This document shows, piece by piece, positions 1 through 11,452 of a stretch of DNA of 64,000 nucleotides. The DNA comes from Alloascoidea hylecoeti. Taxonomy: Eukaryota. The notes beneath the pieces are model-generated. The model searched no databases, had not been told where the DNA came from, and worked only from the letters and a program-made list of their open reading frames with translations. Within the stretch, counting starts at the first letter, position 1; each line of letters begins with the position of its first letter. Position numbers and translations under genes: made by a program. The stretch spans positions 248,001 through 312,000 of the forward strand of contig BCKZ01000015.1 in assembly GCA_001600815.1 (NCBI GenBank). The letters run 5' to 3'.

Positions 1-212
1 TCTTTGAAGGTTATCAACCAAAACCCGATACTGTTTTTAAAAAATTGACACCTAAACATGCTGCTTGGAGTGTATTTGATAATATTAAAACAGAAGAAAA
101 TCTTAATGTTGTTTATTTAACAAATCCAGAAGAAGAAATTAAGAGTCGTTTGGTTTCGGAGAATGGATCGGTTGCTACTGTGAATAGTTTGAAAAATGCT
201 TCAGTCCGATAA
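1..212 (+). CDS. ARC1: 3' end of an Arc1/EMAP-II-like tRNA-binding OB-fold protein (5' end outside the window)
   Basis: Frame 3 is open from base 3 to TAA at 210-212: FEGYQPKPD...KKLTPKHAAW...RLVSENGSVATVNSLKNASVR*. This resembles the Arc1 C-terminus (FEG..LNPKKK.W..KL....G....V.S+.NA.VR). Confidence 0.6.
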   Translation, partial: FEGYQPKPDTVFKKLTPKHAAWSVFDNIKTEENLNVVYLTNPEEEIKSRLVSENGSVATVNSLKNASVR

Positions 213-384
213 ACCCATACAATATAGAAATAACTAAGATAAAAATGTTATGGGGGTATAAATTATAGTGCGTATGTTCTTTCCTTGTTTAAATTTAATT
301 TTTACCTCCAATACAACTTGGAAGATCTCACAATCGATATCACGTAACCTAATATCATAACCACCAACAGCCAATACAATTTCA

Positions 385-1275
385 ATGTCATTTGTTGCGA
401 CCTGGGTGCCTCCTTTTAAATCGGCTATCTCCAATGAAGGAGCAAATTTTATTCCTTTTTCTTTAGCTACAATCTCCAAAGATGGATTACCAAAAGTACG
501 AACGTGCGTCTTTCGTGGGTTTCTATTTGATGACGAATCAACAAATATTCTTACGTTTTGTACGGATAAAAGAATGGCAAAATTAGATGAATTGAAATCA
601 AATAATAAATATGAAGCATGTTTTTATTTCGGTAAAAGTAATAAACAATATAGATTTTCAGGTTTTACTAAAATTATCGACTTGGATTTTTTAAAAACAA
701 AGGAAGATATTAATATGATTCAAACTAGAAGTTCAACTGATTTAAAACTAGGATTTACTGCTAACAGTGAAAACACTTCAAAAAATGTGGTTGATAGACT
801 ACGTGGGACGGAGAGTTCAAAAGTCGATTTTCAGAATAGTCCAGAAACAGATTTTAGTTTGTATAATGAAGGTCATGATTCATATAGGGTCTTTTCGCCA
901 TCCACCACCTCAGCAGATGCATATTTGAGTAGCATTTCCTTTGACGTTGATTCCATCCCACCACCCACCAAGGAAGAATGGCTCGCAGAAATCCACAGAA
1001 GTTGGAATAATTTAAGCAGTGGAATGAAAGCCAGTTTCCGGAAACCAGCACCCGGCAGTGCGTTAACCAACGAAAAACGGTTACAATTGGATGCGATTTC
1101 CAGGGGAGTTGATGGGGAGAGCGATGATCATGGACTTAATAATTTTGGGGTAGTTTTGCTGTTTGTGGACAATGTGGATATTGTCGATTTGGACGGTGCG
1201 AATGGAGCCGGACGGCGGGTTTTGTTTGAGCGAGTGGAGCGGGATCAATGGAACTCCAATGAGGTTTGTCCATAA
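385..1275 (+). CDS. Pyridoxamine 5'-phosphate oxidase-like FMN-binding protein (YGR017W family)
   Basis: Motifs LATI..DGLPKVRTCVFRGF, TDKRMAK, EACFYF....KQYRFSG and a C-terminal EVCP. It sits next to UGA1, as YGR017W does. Confidence 0.85.
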   Translation: MSFVATWVPPFKSAISNEGANFIPFSLATISKDGLPKVRTCVFRGFLFDDESTNILTFCTDKRMAKLDELKSNNKYEACFYFGKSNKQYRFSGFTKIIDLDFLKTKEDINMIQTRSSTDLKLGFTANSENTSKNVVDRLRGTESSKVDFQNSPETDFSLYNEGHDSYRVFSPSTTSADAYLSSISFDVDSIPPPTKEEWLAEIHRSWNNLSSGMKASFRKPAPGSALTNEKRLQLDAISRGVDGESDDHGLNNFGVVLLFVDNVDIVDLDGANGAGRRVLFERVERDQWNSNEVCP

Positions 1276-1459
1276 TTAATAGTTAATATTTATGTGTATT
1301 TGTTTGGTAATTAGCCGAGTCGTTATTTATCTGTTTACAGTTGTTCGGCGGGTAAAATCGGATCTGAAATAGCCGCTTCCCCGCCGTTGAAAAAAAGTAA
1401 TATAAAACGGTCTTGATCTGCCCAAAAATATCAATCCGTTTATTTATCATCTAATTCCA

Positions 1460-2881
1460 ATGTCTAAATACATTTCTCAAGTTTACTATCCAAACGAACC
1501 TTCCCAGCCCACCATCGTCACAAAAGGTCTTGGCGAAAAGGGAAAAAAGGAACTCGAAAAACTAGCAAAAGTCTTTGATGCCCGTCCTGCTTATTTCGTT
1601 GCTGATTACTACAACTCCACCGGTAACTTCATCAAAGATGTTGATGGAAATGTCTACTTAGATATGTACTCACAAATTGCTTCTATTGCTCTTGGTTATA
1701 ACAATCCTGCTCTAATTGATGCTGCTAAATCTCCAGAAATGATTAATGCTTTGATACAAAGACCAGCTACTGGTAACTTCCCAAGCAACGATTACGCTGA
1801 TATTTTAAGTCAAGGTCTTTTAGCTGCTGCTCCAAAAGGTATGGATCACGTCTGGTGTGGTTTGTCAGGTGCTGATGCTAATGAATTGGCTTTCAAAGCT
1901 GCTTTCATCTATCAACAATCCAAAAAGAGAGGCTTCGATAAGCCTTTTTCAACCGAAGAAGAAGAATCTTGTATGAATAATGTTGCTCCAGGTTGTCCTG
2001 ATGCTGCAATCTTATCTTTTAACCATTCTTTCCATGGTCGTTTGTTTGCTTCTGGTTCTGTTACTAGATCTAAACCAATTCACAAAATGGATTTCCCTTC
2101 ATTTAACTGGCCAAAGGCTAATTACCCTAACATTAAATATCCATCTGATAAATATGCAACTGAAAATGCTATTCAAGAACAAAAATCTTTAGATGAAGTT
2201 GAACAAATTTTTAAAACATGGCATCAACCAATTGCCGCCATCATAATTGAACCAATCCAATCTGAAGGTGGTGATAACCATGCTTCTCCTAAATTTTATC
2301 AAGGATTAAGAGATTTAACACTTAAATATGGTATTTTATACATCATTGATGAAGTTCAAACTGGTGTAGGTGCTACTGGTAAATTCTGGGCTCATGAACA
2401 TTTTAATTTATCTCCAGGTCCTGATCTTGTTACATTTTCTAAGAAATTCCAATCTGCTGGTTATTACTATTCCAACCCTCAATTAACACCAAATTTGCCA
2501 TACAGACAATTCAATACATGGTGTGGTAATCCATCAAGTGCCATTATTTCAAGAGCCATCTATCAAGAAATCCAAAAGAATCATCTTGTTGAAAGAACAG
2601 CAGAAGTAGGTAGTTATCTATATGGTAAATTAGCTGAACTTTCTACTAAATATCCACAATACATTGAAAGCTTACGAGGCAAAAATAGAGGAACTTTTAT
2701 TGCTTGGGATACACCTTCACCAGATGCTAGAGCTAAAATTTTAAATGATTTAAGACTAAATGGTGCTAATGTTGGAAGTTGTGGTGAACGGGCAATTAGA
2801 TTACGTCCTACTTTAACTTTTAATGAAACTCATGCTGACTTATTCATTTCAATTTTGGAAAAAGTTTTAGCTTCTCAGTAA
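1460..2881 (+). CDS. UGA1: 4-aminobutyrate (GABA) aminotransferase
   Basis: Class-III PLP aminotransferase motifs: YLDMYSQIASIALGYN, SGADANELAFK, FHGR, IEPIQSEGGD, DEVQTGVGATG, TFSKK, FNTW. Confidence 0.97.
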   Translation: MSKYISQVYYPNEPSQPTIVTKGLGEKGKKELEKLAKVFDARPAYFVADYYNSTGNFIKDVDGNVYLDMYSQIASIALGYNNPALIDAAKSPEMINALIQRPATGNFPSNDYADILSQGLLAAAPKGMDHVWCGLSGADANELAFKAAFIYQQSKKRGFDKPFSTEEEESCMNNVAPGCPDAAILSFNHSFHGRLFASGSVTRSKPIHKMDFPSFNWPKANYPNIKYPSDKYATENAIQEQKSLDEVEQIFKTWHQPIAAIIIEPIQSEGGDNHASPKFYQGLRDLTLKYGILYIIDEVQTGVGATGKFWAHEHFNLSPGPDLVTFSKKFQSAGYYYSNPQLTPNLPYRQFNTWCGNPSSAIISRAIYQEIQKNHLVERTAEVGSYLYGKLAELSTKYPQYIESLRGKNRGTFIAWDTPSPDARAKILNDLRLNGANVGSCGERAIRLRPTLTFNETHADLFISILEKVLASQ

Positions 2882-3087
2882 ATATTTATGAAGATGAAAA
2901 GGAAAGAAAAATTATATAAATAAATAGTTTTATCAATGTTAATTACGAATAATAATATGTACACCGGTAATGTTTCTTTTGTATTTGTATGTATGGGTGA
3001 TTGGATTTACTACCAATACCTTTATCGAGTCCAATTTCAATTTCAATTTCAATTCCAAACATCTGTTCTTATAATTATTTATTATCA

Positions 3088-5055
3088 ATGGTAGAAGTAT
3101 CTCTCACCGTTGGAAAATTAGATGCTTCTTTGGCTCTATTATTAACCAAAGATCATCATTTAATTGAATTTCCAACAATATTATTACCTGATGGAATAGA
3201 AGCAGGTTCCATTGTTAAAATTAAATGTGAACAAAATAAACAATTAGAAGATGAAAACACTCAAATTTTTGAAAAAGTTCAAAAGGAAATTTATGAAACT
3301 TTTGGTTTAAATTCTCCAAGTTCTCCTTCTTTAAAAATTAGAAATATTACTCAAACAAGTGCTGTTTTAGAATGGGATCCTTTAAAATTAGCAACTTCTA
3401 CTTTAATATCTTTAACATTATATAAAAATGATGTTAGATTAGGTCAAATTCCAAATTCTTTGGTTAATACAACAACAAAATTATCAGGTTTACCAATTGA
3501 TACTCAATTTACTTTTTATTTAAGATTGGAAACTACAGCTGGTGTATATTTATCTGAAAAAGTCACCTTAAAGACTCATAAAATGACAGATTTATCTGGT
3601 ATTACTGCTTGCCTTGGTCCAGTGGATGATGAAGAATTCACACGTTCTGAAATCGAAGATGTTTTAACAAAAATGGGTGCTAAGCCATTACAAGATCAAG
3701 TCAAAGTTGATACTACACATTTTATTGCCACAACAACAAAGGGCATACAATGGAAAAAAGCGGTGGAAACCAATATCCCTGTTGTGAGACCTGAGTGGTT
3801 AATTGCATGTGAATCCGAGAGAAGAATTGTTGGTGTTCGTGCTTTTTATGTGGGGGCTGAAGATAGTGTTCAATTGACAAATTATTCCAAATTGGCTAAA
3901 CAGGCTAGGGAATCCAGAAGAGCCGCTGCTCAACAAGTGAAACCAACTCCAATCGCAAAGGATGAAGAAAATGAACCAGAACCATTGAAAAAAGAGACGT
4001 CTGAAGATGTGAATACTAGCAAGAAAGCTGTGCCAGAGTCATTTAACGACACGACAGTTGCACCTGTTGATACAGAGGCTGTATCACCAAAAGATGAAAT
4101 TGCGGATGATCCTGCCGAAACTGATGCCCCCCTTCAAATTAATTCACATGATGAAACATTATCTATTACTCTGCAACAACAAATTTCAAATGTTGAAGAA
4201 ATAGAGCCTGATCACGAACCTCAATTGACCATAAAAGAAAATGAACCAATTGTTGAAGAAATAGAGCCTGATCACGAACCTCAATTGACTATAAAAGAAA
4301 ATGAACCAATTGTTGAAAAAGAAACAACCAGCCCAGACCTCGGAGTAACAACAGAAGATATAATTCCAAATGATATCGACCTGTTTACCAATGATAATAT
4401 TAAAGTGGATCCAATATCATTAGACATACCCCATGAAACTTCTAATCTAGATGAATCCTCTGATTATACATCCAAAAATTTAAGCTCTACCGCCGTTGAT
4501 CCAATAGTCACACATGATGAAATTCCTAATCAAAAAGAATTCTCAGATCATGAAACCACAGATGTGGGTTCTACTGCTGTTGATAAAATAGCTAAACATC
4601 CTGATATTTTAAATCAAGTTGAATCCTCAGATTTTGAAACCATTGATTTGGGGTCTACTGTTGTTGATGAAGTTCCTGATAAGGTTGGATCCTCTGATCA
4701 AGGAACCATCAATTTGAGCTCAACGACTGTTCCAATAAATGATAATATTGATCCAATAGTTACAAATCAAGTTCCTAATCATGTTAAATCCTTTGATGAA
4801 ACCGCCGATTTGGGTTCTACGGCCTTTGAGCAAATAGATAATACAAGTCTTATTGAATCCACTTCTCCAATAGAACCAGTTGCTATCGAGGAAAAGAAAT
4901 CGTTAGAAATTAGAGAGAATATTGATAAGGAGATTCTTGAAGATGTGACGGTAGAAGATGATGAAAATAATAAACAAAAATCTGAGCCCGAGAACAAAGA
5001 AACAAATAAATCAAATAAACCAAAAAAGACAAAGAAGAGAAAAGGGAAGAAATGA
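3088..5055 (+). CDS. CHS5: Exomer scaffold Chs5 (N-terminal dimerisation region, FN3, BRCT, acidic tail)
   Basis: The true ATG is at 3088 ([34 protein letters not shown]); the ORF track starts earlier at a TTG. FN3 and BRCT ([15 protein letters not shown]) follow, and the protein ends in a KKRKGKK tail. Confidence 0.95.
   Translation: MVEVSLTVGKLDASLALLLTKDHHLIEFPTILLPDGIEAGSIVKIKCEQNKQLEDENTQIFEKVQKEIYETFGLNSPSSPSLKIRNITQTSAVLEWDPLKLATSTLISLTLYKNDVRLGQIPNSLVNTTTKLSGLPIDTQFTFYLRLETTAGVYLSEKVTLKTHKMTDLSGITACLGPVDDEEFTRSEIEDVLTKMGAKPLQDQVKVDTTHFIATTTKGIQWKKAVETNIPVVRPEWLIACESERRIVGVRAFYVGAEDSVQLTNYSKLAKQARESRRAAAQQVKPTPIAKDEENEPEPLKKETSEDVNTSKKAVPESFNDTTVAPVDTEAVSPKDEIADDPAETDAPLQINSHDETLSITLQQQISNVEEIEPDHEPQLTIKENEPIVEEIEPDHEPQLTIKENEPIVEKETTSPDLGVTTEDIIPNDIDLFTNDNIKVDPISLDIPHETSNLDESSDYTSKNLSSTAVDPIVTHDEIPNQKEFSDHETTDVGSTAVDKIAKHPDILNQVESSDFETIDLGSTVVDEVPDKVGSSDQGTINLSSTTVPINDNIDPIVTNQVPNHVKSFDETADLGSTAFEQIDNTSLIESTSPIEPVAIEEKKSLEIRENIDKEILEDVTVEDDENNKQKSEPENKETNKSNKPKKTKKRKGKK
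4191..4317 (+). repeat. Near-perfect in-frame 60-bp tandem duplication in CHS5 ([20 protein letters not shown] x2)
   Basis: 4191-4250 and 4251-4310 differ at one base (acc/act). Confidence 0.95.
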
Positions 5056-5323
5056 ATAATAAGTATTATATTAATAAAGCAACTACATTTATTAACTGTA
5101 TTATATATGTGTTTGCACATGAATGGTTATAAATTTTTATTGCTATTTGAGAAATGCTTCCTTTCAAAGTGATTATTTAAGAATTAGAGTATTATAAATT
5201 AATATCGAATTAACTCGGCCATAGCCTATATCTAATATGACATATACTTCAAATATTGTATTAATAAAATTTAATTTATTTGAGGGTCTTTATTCAATAT
5301 ATATTCACGATAAGAGTAGTATT

Positions 5324-5810
5324 TTATTCGCCAAACAATCTGCGAACTCTTCGCAGCACTGAATCCTTTTCAGGATCTATATAAATGAAGGTGTTAGGCT
5401 GGATAATAATAATCAAGTTATGAAAAGCTATTCTTACCATATGGGTGATCTTTAGAAGGTATTTCTAAGACAGCTGGAAATGCTTGGGTATATGTGTCAA
5501 CTCTGTAACGTATTTTATCAGCAACCTAGAAATTATTAGTAATATTCTTATTATTGTAAGTAAAAGAGTTAATTGGGCATACGTGTTGATTTATTAACAA
5601 AATGGCGATATCTTTCCTAGTTGATGTGTATTCCTCAAAGGCCTTTTCAATATCTTCGGTTGCAGTCTTTGCATCAACAACAACAAAATTTTTCTTCTTT
5701 TCTGAATCTTGAGTGACATGACCAACACCAGCTAGGAGCATACCTGTAACTGTGTCTTCATCTCCTATCACGGCAAGAAAGTTTCGATTTTTATATTGTT
5801 CTGTGGTCAT
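5324..5810 (-). CDS. VMA7: V-ATPase V1 subunit F; 3 exons (5810-5583, 5525-5438, 5376-5324)
   Basis: [71 protein letters not shown]. Introns are GTATGC..TAG (5582-5526) and GTAAGA..TAG (5437-5377). Confidence 0.95.
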
Positions 5811-5982
5811 CCTGAACCAGATTTTCCCGAATTGAAGTTCTAAATTAGTCAATTAATATCAACATCTAAATAAAAGAGGAATATCTCTATCTGAGTTAAA
5901 GTTGGTTCTTACTAAATTCGTTTGCTACCTTTAAGGGAAATGATGAACAATCCTTTGTTTGTGAAGGAGTTGGAGACATCTT

Positions 5983-6020
5983 TTACCCGGCTTTGGCGTA
6001 TCCTTAACCCAAATCACGTG
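5983..6020. promoter_or_regulatory. Reb1-like site (TTACCCGG 5983-5990) and E-box TCACGTG (6014-6020) in the divergent VMA7/DPC29 promoter
   Basis: Exact matches to the yeast Reb1 and Cbf1 consensus within a 273-bp divergent intergenic region. Confidence 0.55.
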
Positions 6021-6083
6021 CATTAAAATTGAGTTTCATTTTGGTTTTTTCACAGATCTATTATTCGCTAATTAATCATTTAA

Positions 6084-7103
6084 ATGTCAACTCCAATTAC
6101 TTTTCTATCTAAGCTCACTACACCGAAGACTTCGAGGGGTTTTTCTCCTATACTGTCTGTATATTTAAAAAGTTTGCACACAACTTCAGCTGTGTTTAGT
6201 GGTCACAGTAGGTGGTCCAACATTAAGCATGATAAAGCAAAAAGTGATACTGAGAAGTCAAAAGTAGTGGAAAAATACGCAAGCAGAATTGCCTGGACTA
6301 TAAAACGCATGTAAACTCATTGATTATTAACATCTAATCTGAATATACTTTGCTAACTTTATGTTACTATAGAGGGAGGGCCAGATCCAACTACAAACTT
6401 TACTTTAGCTACCACACTCGAAGAGGCTAGAAAATCAAATGTCCCAAAGAAAACAATCGAGAATGCTATAAAAAGGGCAACAGGACAAGGAGAAAAAGGT
6501 GAACTAGTGTCATGTACATATGAGTTTTCTGGGCCTTCGGGTATTGCATATATCATGTAAGTTTCTTGAGTATTAAGCTAATTTATGGGAATATCTCTTT
6601 AACAAAGTTGATTATAAAGCGAATGTTTAACTGATAATAAGGCACGAACCGTTGCGAAGATTAAACTGCTATTCACTAAAACTGGTGGTTCCTCGAGTCC
6701 AATTGCCTATATGTTTAATAGGACTGGATACGTTATTGTTGATAATACAGATAAATCATTTGATACTCTTTTTGAAAGTGCAATCGAATTAGGAGCTGAA
6801 GATGTAGAGGAAATTACAGATGACGAAACTGGGGAACCCGTAGGTTTAGTAGAAGTACTTGTCCCTGTAACAGAAACAAACCAGATGGGAGAAGGATTGA
6901 AAAAACTTGACTATGAAATTAAGGAAATTGGTATTGAGTATCGCCCAAATGAAGACACAATGGTTAGTGGTTCACAGCTTACCGAAAAGGACAGAAGGCG
7001 ACACGACCGAATTATGAACGAATTGGAAAATGATAGTGAAGTCACTAATATCTACAACAACCTAGAAATGGAGCCAGAATTAGAATTAGAAGAGGAATCA
7101 TAA
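6084..7103 (+). CDS. DPC29: Mitochondrial YebC/TACO1-family translation factor (YGR021W); 3 exons (6084-6306, 6373-6556, 6620-7103)
   Basis: Motifs SGHSRWSNIKHDK, GGPDP..NFTL, VPKKTIENAIKRA, YEFSGPSG, ECLTDNKART and VTNIYNN. Intron 1 is GCATGT..GCTAAC..TAG and intron 2 is GTAAGT..AAG. Confidence 0.92.
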
Positions 7104-7291
7104 ACTGTATATATCACGAATCACTGGTTGTAAAGGAGATAATGGTTCTACTATAGCTTTTGTTGAAAGTAGCATCTTATAAATATCAAAAACAGCAAAA
7201 TATAGTAAAATTCAATTTCATTAATATATAAATAACTATGATCATCACACATTAAAATGACCACCTAACTTAATAGTCTAACATGGTTCCA

Positions 7292-7559
7292 TCATCTAAC
7301 TTGATAGTCCAGTGGTTTCTGGTGGGGTCTGAGACGGAGCGTATTATCTCCCCTAAACTTTTTAACTGAAAAGTATATACCGGAACAGAAGCTGATTCCC
7401 ATGACTGCAAAAAGGGGATACAATTCAATTGGGGGATTAAGGCCAAATCCTTTAGTGGTAGATTTTTTCTAAAAAAGTTAGTACAAATAGCTCTCTAGTC
7501 GATTATATCCCTTGAAGACAACATACTAAAGCGCTAAATAAGCTTGGCGAAACTCTCAT
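7292..7559 (-). CDS. MIN8: 69-aa mitochondrial membrane microprotein, MIN8/YPR010C-A (NDUFA4/MLRQ-like); 2 exons (7559-7527, 7468-7292)
   Basis: Spliced product MRVSPSLFSAL|KKSTTKGFGLNPPIELYPLFAVMGISFCSGIYFSVKKFRGDNTLRLRPHQKPLDYQVR*. The 58-nt intron is canonical (GTATGT..TACTAAC..TAG). The P+EL.PLF and D.TLRL motifs and the neighbouring YPR011C-like carrier support the call. Confidence 0.85.
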
Positions 7560-7929
7560 TGTTATATCTGTTTGTTTATTGAGGTAAATGTGTAATCAAT
7601 GGTTTATTTGATCAGTGGGATGGTAAGAAGGGAAAAGAGAAGGGAACTAACCGTGCTTTATATCTGGATTAAACAGCTATGTGCATCTAAAATCAATGAC
7701 TCCTAACTCCTCATCCTCATTATTATCCTAAAAATAAAAATTGCGGAGCATTCATGTTAAAAAAAATAACACCACAATAACTAGATAGGAAATAAATCAA
7801 TCACCAGATTTTAGAACATCTCACGGAACGGAGACTAAAATAAATACGCATATGCACGCATATCCTTAAATTAATTACTTTATTCGGTTCAATTGCATGA
7901 TTTTTTCCCAAAATTGCTACAAACTAAAT

Positions 7930-8600
7930 ATTAAGAACTTTATATCCCAATAAAATAGAAATCAAACCTCTATCTTGGGTCATCATTGTTGAAACAATTT
8001 GTCCAATCACATCTTTTATATTCTAAGATCTCACAAATTATGAAATGGATTTTGGAATGCCTGAAAAGCCTTTTGAAATCATCCGATTTAAAGTTCACAT
8101 TTCTCTTAACATTGATATCATTTTAATTCTCTACAGATCTAGAGTCTACACTTAGATATAATATTCTGTAGCCACAGGCCAAAATATACGATGCTTCGTT
8201 CATGAATAAGTTATGCATAACACTATATGGACTCTTATGGAGCCAAAAATTTCTGTTGTGATAATCTTTAGAACTGTATTTGAATCCAATATTAATAATT
8301 AATACATCATTGCTTATATACGGAAAGAAAAGGCTTAAGTTCATCAACCTTTATTAAAATTTAGGGCTTAGATACCTTCGATTCTGAAGTTTGATTGTAA
8401 GGCGAGAAGAACGTTTAAAATGAATATGAAAGAAGAACTGGCATTTCTTATTCAATTTATATTAATATTCGAAGTCTTCTTATGTTGTTAAATGTATGCG
8501 TCTAATGAATTTTTCTTCTAGATTTAAGTTAATTGTTGAAAAGCTCTCTGTTTGCAATTGTGTTGGGATTTGAGTGTTCATATGCATTGGAATAGCCCAT
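7930..8600 (-). pseudogene. Possible heavily degraded hAT-transposase C-terminal remnant
   Basis: The interrupted minus-strand frames include FWLHKSPY...RILYLSVDSRSVE, similar to the hAT dimerisation motif FW....YP.L...IL....SS.SVER. There are many stops. Confidence 0.3.
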
Positions 8601-9264
8601 AATTATTTAAACTTTATAGGTATGTAAGATATTAACACATGTAAGTCTTTTTCATAGCGGTCACTCTTTTGTAAAGGCCTATATAAGACTATAGTTCTTA
8701 CTTAGAAAATGAGGGGGAAGTGGCACATCTAACAGTTCAAATTAGTACCCCTATTAGATCCCCTAGGAGTCTAGGACTAAACAGTTTGCATTTCGAATTG
8801 TCTCCATAACATCCATACATCTATATTCCCCACGGTTTTTTTGCCCAGGTCCTCCTGATCTGAGCATTCACGCCTGGATACTCGCACATTGTACCACCAG
8901 TTATTATTCAATCAGGGTGACTAATTTATATTGTCAATTTGTCTATTTGTTTGGGAGAAGAAAAAGAACAAAAACAAAAAGATGCACGCGTTTCCAATCG
9001 AGAATATCAAACGCACAAAGGCTGCAGGGACCGGCAATGTTGACATACGTTGACAAATAATATTTCCAAACCTTTAAATTTTTTAAAATTTTGCAATTGG
9101 AGTAATTTGACACGTGATGCAGACATGCCCATCAAAAAAATAAAATCGGAAAAGGTTAACGTTTTAAATTTTCCAAAAGACAGAAATTGTGACATTCTTT
9201 ATGGACATGAATATTAACCAATCTTATACTACCTAAATCATAGAAATAATATTTGTATAAAAAT

Positions 9265-10350
9265 ATGGCCGAACTTCCGATACCCTCAACCAAAGAAAAT
9301 GTTAACATTAGCATAAAAGTGAGTAGAACCTAAATTTAAATTATAACACTTTCTCCACTTTTTGATTTTATTAACTGATAATTTGAGATAATGTAGAAAG
9401 ATTTAATCATAACCGGTAGACCAAAGGCATTAATTGCCTCAAATTCAACCATTTCATTCATTGCCGGGGGTGCTGCTGGTGCTATATCGAGAACGATTGT
9501 TTCTCCTTTCGAACGAACGAAAATTATATTCCAAGTTCAAGGACCCGGGAAAGGTGCCTACAATAAAATCGTCCCTACCTTGGCAAAAATATGGAAAGAA
9601 GAAGGTTGGAAAGGTATGATGCGAGGAAATGGCATGAATTGCATAAGGGCTATCCCATATAGTGCTGTCCAATTTTCCTGCTATAGTAGTTTGAAAAATC
9701 AAATGTTAAAATATGATGGTGAATTTGGAGCAATGAGAGGATTAGTAGCAGGGGCGGTTGGTGGTACGGTGAGTGTTATCGCTACTTATCCTTTAGATTT
9801 GATAAGAACAAGACTGTCAATACAGACCGCCTCATTGGCTCCACTTAAAGGTTCCGTGGATAATATAAAAGTTCGACCGCCTGGTATGATGGAAGTAATG
9901 AAGAGTATATACAAGACAGAAGGTGGATTTTTTGCTCTATATCGAGGAATAATCCCTACGACGATGGGTGTTGCTCCTTATGTTGGTATTAACTTTGCTG
10001 TATATGAGAAATTGAGAATGTTTGGTTATTCGAATAATGAGCAACCTTCCAACCTTTGGAAGTTAACTTGTGGCGCTATAAGTGGTGGTATTGCACAGAC
10101 TATCACCTACCCTTTTGACCTTTTAAGAAGACGATTTCAGGTTCTCAGTATGAAAACAGAAACACTGAACGGAGCAAAACAAGATTTGGGATTTAGATAT
10201 AATTCTGTAGGCCATGCTCTACGTTGTATAGTAAAAGACGAAGGGATACGTGGTATTTATAAAGGTTTAAGTGCTAACCTTTTAAAAGTTGTCCCTTCCA
10301 TGGCAGCTAGTTTCTTGAGCTTTGAGATCATTAAAGACATTTTAGAGTAA
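9265..10350 (+). CDS. Mitochondrial carrier (SLC25), YPR011C/MRX21-like; intron 9319-9396
   Basis: Three carrier signatures (PFERTKIIFQ, PLDLIRTRLS, PFDLLRRRFQ) plus GNGMNCIRAIPYSAVQF. Exon 1 (ATG 9265) joins in frame through GTGAGT..TAG. Confidence 0.88.
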
Positions 10351-11204
10351 TAATATCATCTGTATATATATATAGCTATTGTTCAATTGGATTGCAAGTA
10401 GTATTAATATTATCTTTAAATTTAAAGCCGTCATAATGTTAACATTAATTTATTAATTCCTTGATTATTAGGTTAGCTACCGGTATAGTATAAGAAGAGA
10501 TGAAAATGGTTATCATGTGATCAGTTATTTTTTGCATTATGTTATAACACATCTGTACTTCTGATTAAACCACAATATTTCAAGATAGAATCATGATAAT
10601 CATTCCTTACTTACTTCTTGAGCACTTTCAATTTTAACTTGGGTTCGCTTATTGCAGACAATACGAACATCTGATCATTTCCCCTAGATTTTGAAATTTC
10701 AATATACTTTAAAAGTTTAGATATTAAGTAGGTAAACACTGAAAATGACAACTCTTAGGAAATTCAAAAATATTTTAACACCTCTTGCGGAAAATATGAC
10801 CACAACACCAGAATCACTTCAATTATATACTTAACACGACAGAAGATAGATAAATGGCAAATGCAAATCATTTCGTTTCAAAATAGTTTTGGCACTTCTC
10901 TGTCAAAAAATTTCCATATAATCACACATATCACGCATGAATGTTACCTTACTTAGATTAGTGCATAAATTGAAATATTTCCTCATGGCGTATAACTTAT
11001 ACAGTTGCATGCACATGAAAATTTTCGAACAAGAAAAAAGTTGTGAAATTACAGTGGCGCGTATCAAATTACTAAAACATGCTTAATCTCATAGTTCTGG
11101 TGATATAGGTTTTTTATAAATCTTGTTGTGGTGTGAGCGTTCTTCTACAATTTAGCATATTGAGTAAAAGTGTCTACAGTAGGAAGCTAGTAACGAATTG
11201 TTTT

Positions 11205-11452
11205 ATTCGAGTTTGAACTGAGCTTGTTATTCTGATTGTATTTGTGATTGTATTTGTGATTATATTTGAATTGAGTTTGAATTGAATTTGTGATTGTGTT
11301 TGAACTGTATTTGATATTCTATTCTATCTGAATTGTATTTGTTTTTTAATTGAGTTTGAATTGCGTTTATTATTCTGTTTGAATTGACTTGAATTGAATC
11401 GAATTGAATTGATTTGATATGAATTGAATTGATTTTTGTGTTTGTGTTTGTG
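11205..11452. repeat. Low-complexity degenerate microsatellite (GAATT / TTTGA / TTTGTG units)
   Basis: Runs such as gaattgaatcgaattgaatt, (gattgtatttgt)x2 and tttgtgtttgtgtttgtg; the + strand has very few C residues. Confidence 0.8.

Noticed and set aside
3001..3087. ORF-track N-terminal extensions of CHS5 (also thioredoxin from 32273, the RraA-like gene from 49111, MRD1 from 33483)
   Set aside because: These begin at TTG/GTG or upstream ATGs in low-complexity intergenic or intron sequence; family homology starts at the downstream ATGs given above.
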